Source: Gammaproteobacteria bacterium (GTDB lineage Bacteria; Pseudomonadota; Gammaproteobacteria; Eutrophobiales; Eutrophobiaceae). Taken from it: DNA of 64,000 bases. Made by a program: the position numbers and the translations under genes. Where the stretch lies: positions 736,001 through 800,000 of the forward strand of contig CBDCDS010000003.1 in assembly GCA_965215365.1 (NCBI GenBank). The letters are read 5' to 3'. Under the pieces are notes generated by a model that did not search any database, was not told the origin of the DNA, and saw only the letters and a list, made by a program, of their open reading frames with translations. This document shows, in pieces, positions 12,823 to 24,705 of this stretch; the first letter of the stretch is position 1, and each line of letters opens with the position of its first letter.

Positions 12823-15800
12823 TTATCGCGAGTGTCTCGTTCGGGAGGTCACCTGAGCCAACAACTCAGCCCGAACATTTTCCAATATCCCTTCATACCC
12901 GAAGTAGTCAAATACCATTTTATCAATTGTCAAATGCTCTTCAGTTCGAATTTCTCGAGCCAAGGGTAACGGGCAGCGGTGCTTCAGCTTTGAAAATACG
13001 GCTTTAGCTTGTTCAGCAAAGTCAAATTCAAAGTCAATCGGGAGCATATTCATATCTGTTGCTTCGGCCTTGAGTAAACCGCCCCCAAGATTTTTCCTCC
13101 CCGTGAGCTCCCGAAATAGCCACACAAAAGAGGAGTTCAGATAGGCCCAAAGACAGTAGTGCAAACCAGACCCCCACAAATCATCCGCAAGATACAATTC
13201 AACACCACTATACGAAAATGCTTTGCAAACATTGAAGGTACAATAATATCGGTCGCCAATGCCTCGGGGCATAATAAGTGCAGGCACTTTTCCTCTGCGG
13301 TTTGCAGTAATGTGCTCACTCCGAATTTTCCCGTTTGCTGCGACAGCAACAAACCGGACATCCTTAAAAATAACGGGTTCTCTGCTATTCGGTTGATTCA
13401 GTTCTTGTGGTGGAAAGTTCAGCCCTTGTCCAAATGTGATATTTATTCCACTGTCTGCTCTTTTTGCTATTTCAGAGAGCATGTCTATGAAAAACTGAGG
13501 CATGTACGCCGCATGTCCCCACTTCATCGCCTGCCGTGCTGTAATGGTTCTGGTCGATTCGGTTTCCATGCGGTCATTAACAACTTCGTACGCTATATTA
13601 TCCCGCAAACTCTTGTCGAAGATAGCGATAACCGCATTGATTTGGGGGCCACTGCTGTCGGAAAAGAATTTTGCTGATGTATCAACGATTCTCTGGAATG
13701 AAAATTTGCCTAAAGAGAAATCCTGAAAATTTTTTCCATAATTAGTGCTTAACCAAGCGTTCTGCGTTATGAGGCAACCGTTTCCTGACTCTGATAGTAA
13801 TTTTGACGCACGAGCGAGAAAATATATCAACAGGTCACTGCCAAGAGGTAAGGTTTCATTCCAGTCCAACTTCACTTGCCTACGGTATGCATCCTTAATT
13901 TCACCAGTCAGCAAATTGTTTCTGGACTCAACGTAAGGCGGGTTTCCAATAACCACATCAAACCCGTCAGCGATACCGAACATATATCCAGCGTCAAACC
14001 ACTCTGCCGACGCGTTCTGATCGTATGGGTCCCACTCGGCGATTTTTCTGGCATCATCTTCCGAGAGACCGGCTGAATGTAACGCTTCTGACAGTTCTTT
14101 GCGCAGTTTTTTGTCCTCGCGCCAGCAATCCAGTTTTTTCTGTCGAGTAGTTGCGTGGAAATGTTTTTCTCGGTTGCCGGATAGTTTTGTTTTCAGTATC
14201 TCGATCTGATTAAAAATCCAATCATCCTGTCGTGGCTTTTCCTTGGTGGCAATCAGCGTATTCGCTGCCACAAAGCGCGTCTCCAGGTTGGGTAGTGGCT
14301 TGATACCGAAGTTGTCAACATTCGCATCAGGCTCCTGCTCAATGGCCAGCGAAATGAAAAAACGCAACTTTGCGATCTGGCAAGCGACCGGTTGAATATC
14401 CACGCCGAAGATGCTGTTCTGGATCAGGTAGAGTTTGCGACCGAAGTTACCTGAGTAACGCTCAAAGGTTTCGCTGATTTCCAACAATTCCGCATCGCGT
14501 TCCTGTTGGTCCCGGTTCTCAAAGGCCATATCTGCTTTGGTTTTGGCTCGCTCCTTTTGTAATTTCTCCCAGAGCTGGTTCTTGGGGTCAAGCCGCTGTA
14601 ACGCCAGAGTCAGTTTGTGTAGCACGCCCATTGGGAATGCGCCGGAACCTACTGCCGGGTCCAAAATTTTAATGGCTGCTATTGCCTGAACAATGCCTTT
14701 TTTCTCGCTTTCTTCAAACAGCTCATCGGCATCATTGAAGGCATCGGCGTAATCCAGCAGGTAGTGTAAACGTTCTCGCCAGAACTCCATGTCATCATCA
14801 TTTGGATGTGCCCTTTCAGCCAATGTCGCCACCAACGCTTCATTAACCATATAGTCCACTACTTCGCGAGGCGTGTAGTACGAACCAGTCTGTTTGCGTA
14901 CCGTATCCTTGGTCTCCGGGTTATAAGCCGCCAGTAGATTTTCAAATACTTTACCGAGCAATTCCGGGTCCAGCGCTACTTCCTGTTCAACAGGAGTATT
15001 CTCCTCCACCGTAAACCTGTATCGATTGAGCAGGGGAAACAGGCCGTCATTGTCAAAAAACAGCCGGTCAGGGATACTCAATTTTTTATAATGCACATCA
15101 GAAAAGCAGTCAATGCGCCAGCCGCCATGAGTGGTAGACTCTTCACTGTCAAGACAATCGAATAAACCGCCGTTGATAAACGGGGTTTTACCGAATAAGG
15201 TCAGCAACGCGTCCGGGTCACCCATCTCGTGTTTGTAGCGATACAGCGAAAAGTTACGGTGCGTGGTGTTTTGCGCCTTGCTGAACCCCCGTTTATCAAT
15301 TTCCGTGTTCAACGTGGCGAAAAACAGATTTTGCAACACTGAGCGATAGTAGGAATCACCCGTCTCCTGACAGTAATTCTTGAGCAGCCCGACAATTTTT
15401 GCTTCGATAAACAGCTCACTGGCAATCAACCCCTTCTCCTTGATGAACCAGATAAACAACAAACGGGTAATGAGACGAATAACGTGTTCTTCAGCAGACA
15501 AAGTGCGTGCTTCATCGCTGGGAAAGCGCGCTTCTGCAACTGCGCGGTTAAACCAGTCAAACAATTCCCTATAGAACCTTCGATTCAGTTGTTCGGTATC
15601 GAGTTTGTCCAACCAGGCGGCCAACAGGCTGTCGAAATTCGGTGTCTTGTTGTGAGTGTTTATCGAGTCAATGCACTTGGCAAGCGATAATTCGCTCAGA
15701 ATATCCAAGTGGGCGCGGTGGGGGGCAGCCGGATGAATTTCCCGTATCAGCGATACCTGGCCGAGCACATCGCGACTGGGGTCACGATTGTGCTTGCGGC

Positions 15801-16347
15801 GGTGAACAAAAGCGAAGGTGAGCAGGTTGTCGGCGGTTTTGAACAGTACCACAGAGGGCTGGTTCAAGCGCTTGTTGATCTCCCTGGTAAACGTGGCATA
15901 GTCGCCGCGAGCATAGCTGGGCTCTGTCAGTTCCACAGCGAAAAATATAAAGCTCTGCTGCCGCTCCTCGTCAAACGGGTTGGCATGAGCAAATTCCAGC
16001 ATTGACTGATCACTCCCTGCAATCTCCTCGCTGGTAACTTGAAAGATAATCCGCACGGAATTGACCTGCTTACGAAATATCAACTCCGTGTTGGTATTAT
16101 CGGTTGCAGCAGGAAACGCCTGAAAAAAATCATCAACGCCTCCTGAAAGCTCCAGGGTGCGCTCGCTACGGTAGCCGAGTACGGCCAACAGGTCTGTGGC
16201 CGTTGCCGTGAAATCTGCCTTGGAAGCCGATGACAACGCAGCGCTGAGCTGATTCCGGATGTTGTCAGTATTCACATTTTTTCTGAGACTGACTTGAACT
16301 CTGATGGGAAATTGGTCTGCGTATAGGGACGAAATGGGAACAGGCAA
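12823..16347 (-). CDS. Type IIG/Eco57I-like N6-adenine DNA methyltransferase (RM enzyme)
   Basis: INGGLF, GKVFENLL, TGSYYTP, ILDPAVGSGAF, GFDVVIGNPPY, C-terminal TRD. Confidence 0.9.
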   Translation of the reverse strand: MPVPISSLYADQFPIRVQVSLRKNVNTDNIRNQLSAALSSASKADFTATATDLLAVLGYRSERTLELSGGVDDFFQAFPAATDNTNTELIFRKQVNSVRIIFQVTSEEIAGSDQSMLEFAHANPFDEERQQSFIFFAVELTEPSYARGDYATFTREINKRLNQPSVVLFKTADNLLTFAFVHRRKHNRDPSRDVLGQVSLIREIHPAAPHRAHLDILSELSLAKCIDSINTHNKTPNFDSLLAAWLDKLDTEQLNRRFYRELFDWFNRAVAEARFPSDEARTLSAEEHVIRLITRLLFIWFIKEKGLIASELFIEAKIVGLLKNYCQETGDSYYRSVLQNLFFATLNTEIDKRGFSKAQNTTHRNFSLYRYKHEMGDPDALLTLFGKTPFINGGLFDCLDSEESTTHGGWRIDCFSDVHYKKLSIPDRLFFDNDGLFPLLNRYRFTVEENTPVEQEVALDPELLGKVFENLLAAYNPETKDTVRKQTGSYYTPREVVDYMVNEALVATLAERAHPNDDDMEFWRERLHYLLDYADAFNDADELFEESEKKGIVQAIAAIKILDPAVGSGAFPMGVLHKLTLALQRLDPKNQLWEKLQKERAKTKADMAFENRDQQERDAELLEISETFERYSGNFGRKLYLIQNSIFGVDIQPVACQIAKLRFFISLAIEQEPDANVDNFGIKPLPNLETRFVAANTLIATKEKPRQDDWIFNQIEILKTKLSGNREKHFHATTRQKKLDCWREDKKLRKELSEALHSAGLSEDDARKIAEWDPYDQNASAEWFDAGYMFGIADGFDVVIGNPPYVESRNNLLTGEIKDAYRRQVKLDWNETLPLGSDLLIYFLARASKLLSESGNGCLITQNAWLSTNYGKNFQDFSLGKFSFQRIVDTSAKFFSDSSGPQINAVIAIFDKSLRDNIAYEVVNDRMETESTRTITARQAMKWGHAAYMPQFFIDMLSEIAKRADSGINITFGQGLNFPPQELNQPNSREPVIFKDVRFVAVAANGKIRSEHITANRRGKVPALIMPRGIGDRYYCTFNVCKAFSYSGVELYLADDLWGSGLHYCLWAYLNSSFVWLFRELTGRKNLGGGLLKAEATDMNMLPIDFEFDFAEQAKAVFSKLKHRCPLPLAREIRTEEHLTIDKMVFDYFGYEGILENVRAELLAQVTSRTRHSR

Positions 16348-16397
16348 TCATCTTTGAGTGCATGTATATTGTCAGACACAGCATTTTGAAATCAGGG

Positions 16398-16733
16398 TCA
16401 AGATGCCCGTAGCAGAGCCGAAGCCGGGCGAATACCTGCAGTCAGTCGTTGTTTTTCCTGAGTCAGCTTGCGAAAATCGCATTCGACTTGAAGACCATGC
16501 CAGAATTCATCGGACTGATTAAAAAACGTACCAAAGCGGATCGACATAGCCGGTGTAATCGATCTCCGGGCATGAGCAATTTCATAAATTGTCTTTGGCG
16601 TGACACCGATGGCACGGGCCATGGCAGTCTGTGAAATGCCCATGGGTTTAAGGTACTCTTCAATGAGAATTTCGCCGGGAGTAATAGAGTCATCCATAAT
16701 CGACATTTTGTAATGTTCGCCAGAAGCTGTCAA
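16398..16733 (-). CDS. Orphan HigA-family HTH antitoxin/regulator
   Basis: [18 protein letters not shown]...[13 protein letters not shown]...FWHGLQ; start may be the ATG at 16706. Confidence 0.85.
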   Translation of the reverse strand: MTASGEHYKMSIMDDSITPGEILIEEYLKPMGISQTAMARAIGVTPKTIYEIAHARRSITPAMSIRFGTFFNQSDEFWHGLQVECDFRKLTQEKQRLTAGIRPASALLRAS

Positions 16734-19700
16734 TCATCGAAAATTATCAACCAGGTCACTAACTCGAAATTCCTGTCGGAGCTTTTTGATTTAGCCGGTA
16801 TCCTTATATTACGGTTTGCCCCCATCCCCAAGCCTGCTATTTGGGTTTGAGTGTTTGCGTGGTTGATATGCCGCAAAGCTTCACTCAGCAGCTTATCATA
16901 ATGGGCCATATCCCTTCCGTGCCGGGTTTCGCGGTCAAATCGGTCACAGAGCTCCTGTAATGGATCGGGCTTGCCGACGGCCACCGCTTCAAACAATTCC
17001 AGTATCTGGCGGGCGTTAGCGCAGCTATAGCGAACATCGCCATTTGCACGAATGTAAACGGTATAGTACGGATAAATAGGGCTGGCGACCTTTTCTCTCC
17101 TGTCATTGCCTGCCTCTTTCTGGCGGAGCACAAAGATTACGCCGGATTGTGCATTCTCTCCTTCAACATTGCTCACGGCATAAGCTCCTTTGGGCGTTGC
17201 CTCCAATAAATCCTTGTTTTTTTCCAGGTAGCGTAGCAACTGGGTAAAAAAGTAATCCAAGGTAAAGTCACTCATGACGATGCCATCAGATAGTTCGTCC
17301 AAATCCAGTACTTCCTCAGACATTTTTTTCAGTTGCTCGTCCCGGAAGTTAAGTTCAGTCTGGAGCCCCTCTGCCAGCTCTCCATCCAACAGGTCTTCAT
17401 CAGCGCTGGCCGTTGCATCCACAAGAGCCATACGCGCTTCTACACGGCCTTTTAATCGCAAATAGGCATCCATGTCTTTGGTCGGCCAGTAGTTGATCAT
17501 TCCCACTGATTTGTTACGGCTGCCGATACGATCTATACGCCCGAAACGCTGGATGATGCGAACCGGATTCCAATGGATGTCATAGTTAATGGTTGTGTCG
17601 CAGTCTTGCAGGTTTTGTCCTTCCGAGATGCAATCAGTGGCAATCAACAGGTCAATCTCGCCATCGATATTGTCGTTGCGTTGGCGCGCCTGCGGCGCAA
17701 AATTTGTGAGTATGGCGTTGAAATCATTTGCGCCGAATGTCGTGTAAGTCTGATCACCGGAAACCATGGCCATGTTCAGCCCCAACTCCTTGGCTAAATC
17801 CGTCAGTTTCTCGTACAGATAGACCGCGGTATCCTTGAAAGTCGTGAATACCAGCAATTTGCGATTAGTATGTCCGTCCTTGTCTGTTACCGGATGCTGC
17901 GCTTTGTATCGAACCTGTTCTTTAAGCTTGATCAGTTTCCCGTCTCGTTCAGGTGTGACCATCTGCACTTGGCTCCGTGCTTGACTTAACAGGTCGCGAT
18001 CCTCTAACAAGTCTTTCTTCCAACGCGGCAGATCCAATTCACGCAAATGGTAAGGAGTGCGCGCTTTGTTGATGAGAAACTCTTCATCGTCGTCGTCATC
18101 ATCCGGTTCGATGTCCGTCCGCTCATCCAAGCTCTGGTTTTGCTCATAGCGGGCTATTTTTTCCAGCAGTTCATCAATTTTACCGATGGTGCGCGCCAGC
18201 GTTACCGTCAGCGAATGTGCCGAACTCTCCAGGCGTTTGAGGAAGTTGACCCGTATCATACCGATGAGGAAATGCTCGCGGTCGCGTTGATTAAACCGTC
18301 TTTCCCGTTTTTCCTCCTCCAATCGTCTCTCGGCTTCAGCGCTGCTCACATAGCTGGAAGGGCGGTAAATGGACAACGCGAATTGTTCGATTTGTTCGGC
18401 CAGCTTCCGATATGACAGCTGATCCTCTGCATCAGTTGACGGATAGTGATTTTCCGGCTTGCGCCGTGTAGGGAATTTACCGATTTTATCCATTTCATCT
18501 GCATAGAATTTTTCAATCTGGCGGCGCGACCTTGCAATGGATACGCCGGTTAGCAGCTTGAAAAAATCGGCTCCCAATGCCTCCAGCAACGTTGTCTTCT
18601 CTTTTTTTCCATCTTGTCTGGCCTTAGTCTCCCATAACTTGAACTGCTTTTGCGCTTGGCTGAGCAGGTTGCCAATATGGCCTATGCCCAGACTTTCTCT
18701 GAAAATGTCCTCACGTTTTTCTGTCATCAGATAAATCTGGTTGCGCAGGTCAATCAGCGAGGTATTCACTGGTGTCGCCGACAGCATTAATACCTTGGTT
18801 CTGGCGCCCTGCTTGATGACTTCCTCCAATAGTCTTGAGTAGCGGCTATGGCGGATAATGCTGCCATCATCTTCACGCAGAGGTTTGGCCTCATTACGAA
18901 AATTATGCGACTCATCGATAACGAGCAGGTCGAAATTGTGCCAGTTGAAGTTGCTGAGGTCGATGTCGCCTACCTTGCCCCGGTCCCGGGATAAGTCCGT
19001 ATGCGACAGTAAATTGTAGCCGAAGCGATCCTCAAGGAAAGGGTTATTACTGTTATTGTTGATGACCGGATACAGCGACCAGTTTTCTCGCAGTTTCTTA
19101 GGACACAACACCAACACTCGCTCATTGCGTAATTCAAAGTATTTGATCACTGCCAACGCTGTGTATGTTTTGCCCAGACCAACGCTGTCTGCCAGAATGC
19201 AGCCTCCATGTCGCCGCAGCCTTGAAATAACGCTTTTCACTCCGTCTTTTTGAAAGGCGTATAACACTTGCCAGATCCGGGTATCGTACAAGTGCACTTC
19301 TTCCAGTTGGCTATCGCCATCTCGTTTTGCTTCGATGTCCTCCCGAAATATCTCATAGAGGGTCTTGAAGTAGATAAGCTCTGGCGCATAGTCCCTTCCC
19401 AATCGATTCAACGCTTCCAGCACTTTCTGTTTCACGTCCTCAGTTAAGGTCTTGCTTTCCCAGATCTTGTCAAACCAGTCTTGCAGTTCGGCACAAGCCG
19501 CTTCATTTTCCGTAACCAGATTGAGCTCGAGATTAGCGTTTTCGCTACCCCCAAGCCCACGCTGGGTGAAGTTGGAACTGCCTACCACCGCTGAAGTAGC
19601 ACTGTCGGTTGTGTCAATGTTCTCATCGACAGCGCTGAGATACATCTTTCCATGCAGAAAGTTGGAGCGGCTGACAGACCTGATTTCCACGCCGTGGCCG

Positions 19701-20014
19701 GACACCCAGTCTTGACATTGACGCGCCAAAGCTTTCTGCTGTAATTGGTGGTTTGGTGCCAAACCGTCTTCATTAAGGATGAAACATTTTTGTTCCTTCT
19801 CGCCCGGGTCCACCTCGCCGACAGAGGCAGGGTCGCCGAATAAAAATCGTATTTTCCCAATACGTTTTAACTCATCCTGAAGCAGCTGGTAGCCGTAAAT
19901 ACTGAAGTATGCGGAGACAATGCGTAGTTGGCCGGCATGAGTCAGCCGTTGTTTCAGATAATCAACGACACGACGGCCGTCTTGGTTGTCCAGTATGTGG
20001 CTGTTTGATGTCAT
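16730..20014 (-). CDS. PLD-nuclease + SNF2-type helicase fusion
   Basis: FLHGKMY...VGSSNFT (PLD), [42 protein letters not shown]. Confidence 0.9.
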   Translation of the reverse strand: MTSNSHILDNQDGRRVVDYLKQRLTHAGQLRIVSAYFSIYGYQLLQDELKRIGKIRFLFGDPASVGEVDPGEKEQKCFILNEDGLAPNHQLQQKALARQCQDWVSGHGVEIRSVSRSNFLHGKMYLSAVDENIDTTDSATSAVVGSSNFTQRGLGGSENANLELNLVTENEAACAELQDWFDKIWESKTLTEDVKQKVLEALNRLGRDYAPELIYFKTLYEIFREDIEAKRDGDSQLEEVHLYDTRIWQVLYAFQKDGVKSVISRLRRHGGCILADSVGLGKTYTALAVIKYFELRNERVLVLCPKKLRENWSLYPVINNNSNNPFLEDRFGYNLLSHTDLSRDRGKVGDIDLSNFNWHNFDLLVIDESHNFRNEAKPLREDDGSIIRHSRYSRLLEEVIKQGARTKVLMLSATPVNTSLIDLRNQIYLMTEKREDIFRESLGIGHIGNLLSQAQKQFKLWETKARQDGKKEKTTLLEALGADFFKLLTGVSIARSRRQIEKFYADEMDKIGKFPTRRKPENHYPSTDAEDQLSYRKLAEQIEQFALSIYRPSSYVSSAEAERRLEEEKRERRFNQRDREHFLIGMIRVNFLKRLESSAHSLTVTLARTIGKIDELLEKIARYEQNQSLDERTDIEPDDDDDDEEFLINKARTPYHLRELDLPRWKKDLLEDRDLLSQARSQVQMVTPERDGKLIKLKEQVRYKAQHPVTDKDGHTNRKLLVFTTFKDTAVYLYEKLTDLAKELGLNMAMVSGDQTYTTFGANDFNAILTNFAPQARQRNDNIDGEIDLLIATDCISEGQNLQDCDTTINYDIHWNPVRIIQRFGRIDRIGSRNKSVGMINYWPTKDMDAYLRLKGRVEARMALVDATASADEDLLDGELAEGLQTELNFRDEQLKKMSEEVLDLDELSDGIVMSDFTLDYFFTQLLRYLEKNKDLLEATPKGAYAVSNVEGENAQSGVIFVLRQKEAGNDRREKVASPIYPYYTVYIRANGDVRYSCANARQILELFEAVAVGKPDPLQELCDRFDRETRHGRDMAHYDKLLSEALRHINHANTQTQIAGLGMGANRNIRIPAKSKSSDRNFELVTWLIIFDD

Positions 20015-20181
20015 CAGGGATCCGGGATGAGAATCATTTTCTTCGTTCTTTCACTACTGACTTTCAATATTTTATTGAGTAATTCCGGGTCTATTGCCAA
20101 GTTGGTTGTCATTGCGTTACCACTCACACATTAAATTACACAGAAGCTACCGCTAGCAGATGTTGTGGTCAAGCACTGAAA

Positions 20182-20233
20182 GCACCCGCGTCGATTTAAT
20201 CTTCGGTTCCAACTCCCAACTGCGGGCCATCGC
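20182..20233 (+). repeat. 52-bp copy of an internal katG 3' segment
   Basis: Matches 8275-8326 with one mismatch. Confidence 0.88.
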
Positions 20234-20249
20234 TGCTTATCCACCAGTA

Positions 20250-21180
20250 TTACCGTTCCGGATTGTATCTGGCTTGTTCTTCGAGCACCCTGTCAACTCC
20301 TGTCATCCAAGCCAGATCCTTACCAATAACCAGTTCAGTCATTGCTGCGTGATGAGTATTTTTCATTGGAACAGGTTTAGCTTGAAACCCATATTGTTTA
20401 GCCAGGTCCTTTACCTCATGTGCATTGTCATAGGTCATAATAAAATCGCTACGGATTGAGGCGCACAAGTCAAACAATGCCTCGTGGTCCAGATCATAGT
20501 GCGTGTACAGACGACTCCCCGCTTTTTTGCCGCCTGCGGTATAGGGAGGGTCAATAAAAAACGCGACGCCAGCGACATCCTTGTATTGGCAAATTACATT
20601 GAAGGCATCATCGTGCTTAAATTGGAGTTTGTTAGCAACATAATTGATATTCCTTAATCGCTTTGCCAAAGTACCAGGATACCATCTGGAAAGTATCCCC
20701 TTTCCACTTTCTCCATTTTTCAAAAGGCCTGAGCCCGCGGCAAGAATGCCACCGTGATATGTTCTGTTTTTTTATGATTGTCTGGAATGCCTTTTCCCTA
20801 TGACACTTGCTTTTTTTTTGGAGTTCCGCCGTAGCATTATTTTTTGTCATATCAAAAGCAAGTATTCTGTTTGCAAGCCATTCGGCATCGCCGTCGACTA
20901 TGGTTTTCCAGACTGCTGCGATTTCTTCGTCCAATTCAACCATAAGCGCTTCTTCTACCAAATCTTCAAACAGTGCGGTCAGCGAAACAATACCACCACC
21001 GGCAAACGGTTCAATTAACAGTTTTGGGTTAAAGTGTTGGCTGTGTAGCCATTGCCGCAATTTTGATATAAACCATGTTTTACCACCGGGATAGCGAAAC
21101 GGGCTACGCTGCGGAACCGAAGCCACATTAACAATTTTCAAAGATTCCAATTCATCACTGAAGAGCAATCTCTGCATCAT
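20250..21180 (-). pseudogene. Dam-family (D12 class) DNA adenine methyltransferase, frameshifted
   Basis: SPFRYPGGKTW, EPFAGGG in one frame and FIDPPY in another; break at the A7 run 20767-20773. Confidence 0.85.
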
Positions 21181-21525
21181 ACTTCTCCGAAGGGGCTTGC
21201 TATAGTTTGATTGACAGGCGCGTTATCAAGTTTTTCGTCTACCTTCGTTTGTAGCAACTCCATGAATTTTGGGCTCGACCAATAGTCCGAGGCCGGCAAC
21301 GTGTAAACCACGATTATAATAGATATTGACCAGTTCGTGCCCATATTCGGCAATTCTCGTGTAGCTTACCTTGTGCCGGATTGAAGGAGCCATCTGAAAA
21401 TGTCCTCCGTGATATTTTTCCGAATGAAAGTCTGACTGTGCATGTGACTTAATTATGCCCCACCACAAGCAGCTTATGTGGTAAACTACCGGTTTTTCAG
21501 AACTTACTATCCAAGGAGATTTAAC

Positions 21526-22824
21526 GTGGCCGAAGCAGCTACCTCGCTACACCCCGCTGGGGACAAGATCACTATTGACAGCGGGAGGTTGCAAGTTCCC
21601 GATAACCCGGTGATACCGTTCATCGAAGGGGACGGTATCGGGCCCGATGTCTGGCGGGCATCAAAACAAGTGTTGGATGCCGCCGTGGCCAAGGCCTACA
21701 ACGGCACGCGTGAGATCTGCTGGCTGGAGGTGTATGCCGGGGAGAAGGCTAATGAACTGACCGGTTCCTGGCTGCCGGATGAAACCCTGGATCGCTGTCG
21801 GGAATATCTGGTTGCCATCAAAGGCCCGCTGACTACGCCCATTGGCGGCGGCATCCGTTCCCTGAACGTTGCGCTGCGCCAGATTCTCGACCTGTATGTG
21901 TGCCTGCGGCCGGTACGGTGGTTTCAGGGCGTGCCCTCGCCCACTAAAAACCCGCAGGATGTGGACATGGTGATCTTCCGGGAAAACACCGAGGACATTT
22001 ATGCCGGCATTGAGTTCGAGCAAGGCACGGAAGACAACCGAAAATTTCTGGCGCTGTTGCAGGAGGCCTTCCCCAATTACTACCGCAAAATCCGCTTCCC
22101 GGATACCACCGGCATCGGCATCAAGCCAATCTCGCAGGAAGGCACCGGGCGTCTGGTGCAGGCCGCCATCCGCTATGCCCTGGACAACAAACGCAACAGC
22201 GTGACCTTCGTGCATAAGGGCAATATTATGAAATACACCGAGGGCGCGTTCCGCAACTGGGGTTACGAACTGGCGGAAACCTCGTTCCCGCAGCAGACCT
22301 ACAGCTGGGATCAATGGGAACGCACCCGCGCCGCCAAGGGCTCTGAGGCGGCCAACAAGGAACAGGCCGAGGCGCTGGCCGGCGGCAAAATACTCATCAA
22401 GGACACCATTGCCGACATCACCCTGCAACAGGTGTTGACGCGCCCGCGGGAGTTTGACGTGATCGCCACCATGAACCTCAACGGTGATTACCTGTCGGAT
22501 GCGCTGGCGGCGCAGGTCGGCGGCATCGGCATTGCGCCGGGCGGCAATATCAACTACGACACCGGTCACGCGGTGTTCGAGGCGACGCACGGCACCGCGC
22601 CCAAGTACGCCAATCAGGACAAGGTCAACCCGGGTTCCCTGGTGCTGTCCGGCGAGATGATGCTGCGTTATCTCGGCTGGACGGAAGCGGCGGACCTGGT
22701 CATATCCGGCATGGACAATACGATTTCATCAAAAACCGTCACTTATGATTTCGCCCGCTTGATGGAGGGGGCCAATAAGGTCAGTTGCAGCGAGTTCGGC
22801 CAGGCCATGATTGCCAACATGTAA
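21526..22824 (+). CDS. icd: NADP-dependent isocitrate dehydrogenase
   Basis: [45 protein letters not shown]; GTG start after AAGGAG. Confidence 0.97.
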   Translation: MAEAATSLHPAGDKITIDSGRLQVPDNPVIPFIEGDGIGPDVWRASKQVLDAAVAKAYNGTREICWLEVYAGEKANELTGSWLPDETLDRCREYLVAIKGPLTTPIGGGIRSLNVALRQILDLYVCLRPVRWFQGVPSPTKNPQDVDMVIFRENTEDIYAGIEFEQGTEDNRKFLALLQEAFPNYYRKIRFPDTTGIGIKPISQEGTGRLVQAAIRYALDNKRNSVTFVHKGNIMKYTEGAFRNWGYELAETSFPQQTYSWDQWERTRAAKGSEAANKEQAEALAGGKILIKDTIADITLQQVLTRPREFDVIATMNLNGDYLSDALAAQVGGIGIAPGGNINYDTGHAVFEATHGTAPKYANQDKVNPGSLVLSGEMMLRYLGWTEAADLVISGMDNTISSKTVTYDFARLMEGANKVSCSEFGQAMIANM

Positions 22825-22849
22825 ACCGGCTTCAGGTTGACCAGCCCTA

Positions 22850-24610
22850 ATGTCCGAGCAACGCAAACAGACTATCGCCCGCATCTCGGAGTTCATCTAC
22901 GAAGGCTTCCTGAAATACAACGAGAACTTTGCGCGTGTTACGGAGCGCGCCCGGCGCCGTTTCGAGCAGCAGGACTGGGGCGGGCATCAGCAGGATATTA
23001 TCGAACGGGTTGAACTCTACGAAAAATCCGTGCGCCGCATCGTCGTTTCCCTGCGCAAGGACCTCGGCCCCAGGGTGCTCGACCGCCGGCTCTGGCACCG
23101 CGCCCGCCGCTATTACGGCGACCGTCTGGTTAACGTGCCCGATGCCGGGTTTATGAAAACATTCTTCAATTCCATTACCCGGCGTATTTTTGACACGGTG
23201 GGTATAGACCCGGAAATTGAGTTCGTGTCGTCCCCCCCGGACGAAGGTTTCAATCCGTTTGAAACCCTGACCCTGAGCCGCTACCCGTACTGGGGCGCAC
23301 TGGACAAAACCTTCAAAACCATTCTCGAGGACTTCGCCTTCAAGGTGTCTTACCGGGATATCGATACCGATACCAAAACCATCGCCCAGTTGATACAGCG
23401 CTATTTTCAGACCCACCTGAAACAGCACGGCGAGTTCCTCAGGTTTGAATTTATCAATTCGGCTTTTTTTCAGTCAGCCCGCGCCTACCTGATCGGGCGC
23501 ACCATCCAGCACGGCCATACCAACCCCATCGTCATCGCCCTGAAAAACACCCGGCGCGGCATTGAGGTGGATGCAACGCTGTTGTCCGAAGAAGAAGTCA
23601 GCATCGTATTCAGTTACACCCGCTCCTATTACTTCGCCAACCCGCATTCCGTCATCGGCGCGGTACATTTTCTGCATTCCATCCTGCCGGGCAAGCCTAT
23701 TGATGAGCTCTACACGGTGCTGGGCAGGCTGCGCCAGGGCAAGACCGAGCGCCACCGGGTTTTTTCACACCATCTGCAAAGTACGGATGACAAGTTCACT
23801 CATGCAGAAGGTGACAAAGGATTGGTGATGCTGGTGTTCAACCTGCCTTCCTACGACCTGGTGTTCAAGGTTATCCGCGACCAGTTCGGCTATCCCAAGA
23901 CCATCAGCCGCGCTGAGGTGCAGGACAAGTACCGCCTGGTATCCCGGCATGACCGCGCCGGCCGCTTGATCGATACCCAGGAATTTCGCAACCTGGAATT
24001 TCCGGTCAACCGCTTCGACCAGGCGTTGCTGGATGAATTGCTCAGTGAAGCGGCAGAGACAGTGCGTGTTGACGGCGCTCAAGTCATCATCGACCACGTC
24101 TATATCGAGCGCCGGGTGCGGCCGTTAAACCTGTACCTGAAGGAGGTCGAACGCACGCAGGCCAGGGAGGCCATCCTAGATTACGGGCAAACCATCAAGG
24201 ACCTGGCCAACACCAACATTTTTCCCGGCGACCTGCTGTTGAAAAACTTCGGTGTCACCCGCCACCGGCGCCTGGTGTTCTACGATTACGACGAGGTGGC
24301 GCTGGTCACGGAATGCGATTTCCGCGACATCCCGGACAGCGACGATGATGAAGACCTGCTGCGCTCAGATGTCTGGTTTCACGTCAACAAGAACGATATT
24401 TTTCCGGAAGAATTCATCAAGTTCCTGTCTATGGACGCAGAGTTGCGGGCGCTGTTCCTGGAGGTGCACGGCGACCTGCTCACAGCTGACTACTGGAACC
24501 GTGTGAAGCACAAACACCTGAAGGGTGATATTGAGCTGGTCATTCCCTATTTCCGCCACGAGCTACCGTTCACGGCGCCCACCCGGCGACGGGCAGCGGG
24601 TGCGAAGTAG
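22850..24610 (+). CDS. aceK: Isocitrate dehydrogenase kinase/phosphatase
   Basis: TFFNSITRR, GKTE, GLVMLVF, FKVIRD, NIFPGDLLLKNFGVTRH, FYDYDE. Confidence 0.95.
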   Translation: MSEQRKQTIARISEFIYEGFLKYNENFARVTERARRRFEQQDWGGHQQDIIERVELYEKSVRRIVVSLRKDLGPRVLDRRLWHRARRYYGDRLVNVPDAGFMKTFFNSITRRIFDTVGIDPEIEFVSSPPDEGFNPFETLTLSRYPYWGALDKTFKTILEDFAFKVSYRDIDTDTKTIAQLIQRYFQTHLKQHGEFLRFEFINSAFFQSARAYLIGRTIQHGHTNPIVIALKNTRRGIEVDATLLSEEEVSIVFSYTRSYYFANPHSVIGAVHFLHSILPGKPIDELYTVLGRLRQGKTERHRVFSHHLQSTDDKFTHAEGDKGLVMLVFNLPSYDLVFKVIRDQFGYPKTISRAEVQDKYRLVSRHDRAGRLIDTQEFRNLEFPVNRFDQALLDELLSEAAETVRVDGAQVIIDHVYIERRVRPLNLYLKEVERTQAREAILDYGQTIKDLANTNIFPGDLLLKNFGVTRHRRLVFYDYDEVALVTECDFRDIPDSDDDEDLLRSDVWFHVNKNDIFPEEFIKFLSMDAELRALFLEVHGDLLTADYWNRVKHKHLKGDIELVIPYFRHELPFTAPTRRRAAGAK

Positions 24611-24705
24611 CGGGGAGCAGGCGCTACCCTTGCACGAGCGACGACCGGCGCAATCGTTCGTGCTGCGTTTTCGCTCCCATTGAGTAGGGGGCATGGGGTG
24701 CGGGA

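Noticed and set aside
21226-21468. Cognate restriction endonuclease of the Dam-type MTase
   Set aside because: Short ORF with no recognisable motif; may be a remnant but cannot be supported
21661-22590. Long antisense ORFs (also 33444-34280, 47295-48326, 55024-56109)
   Set aside because: Shadow frames of GC-rich genes already assigned on the opposite strand
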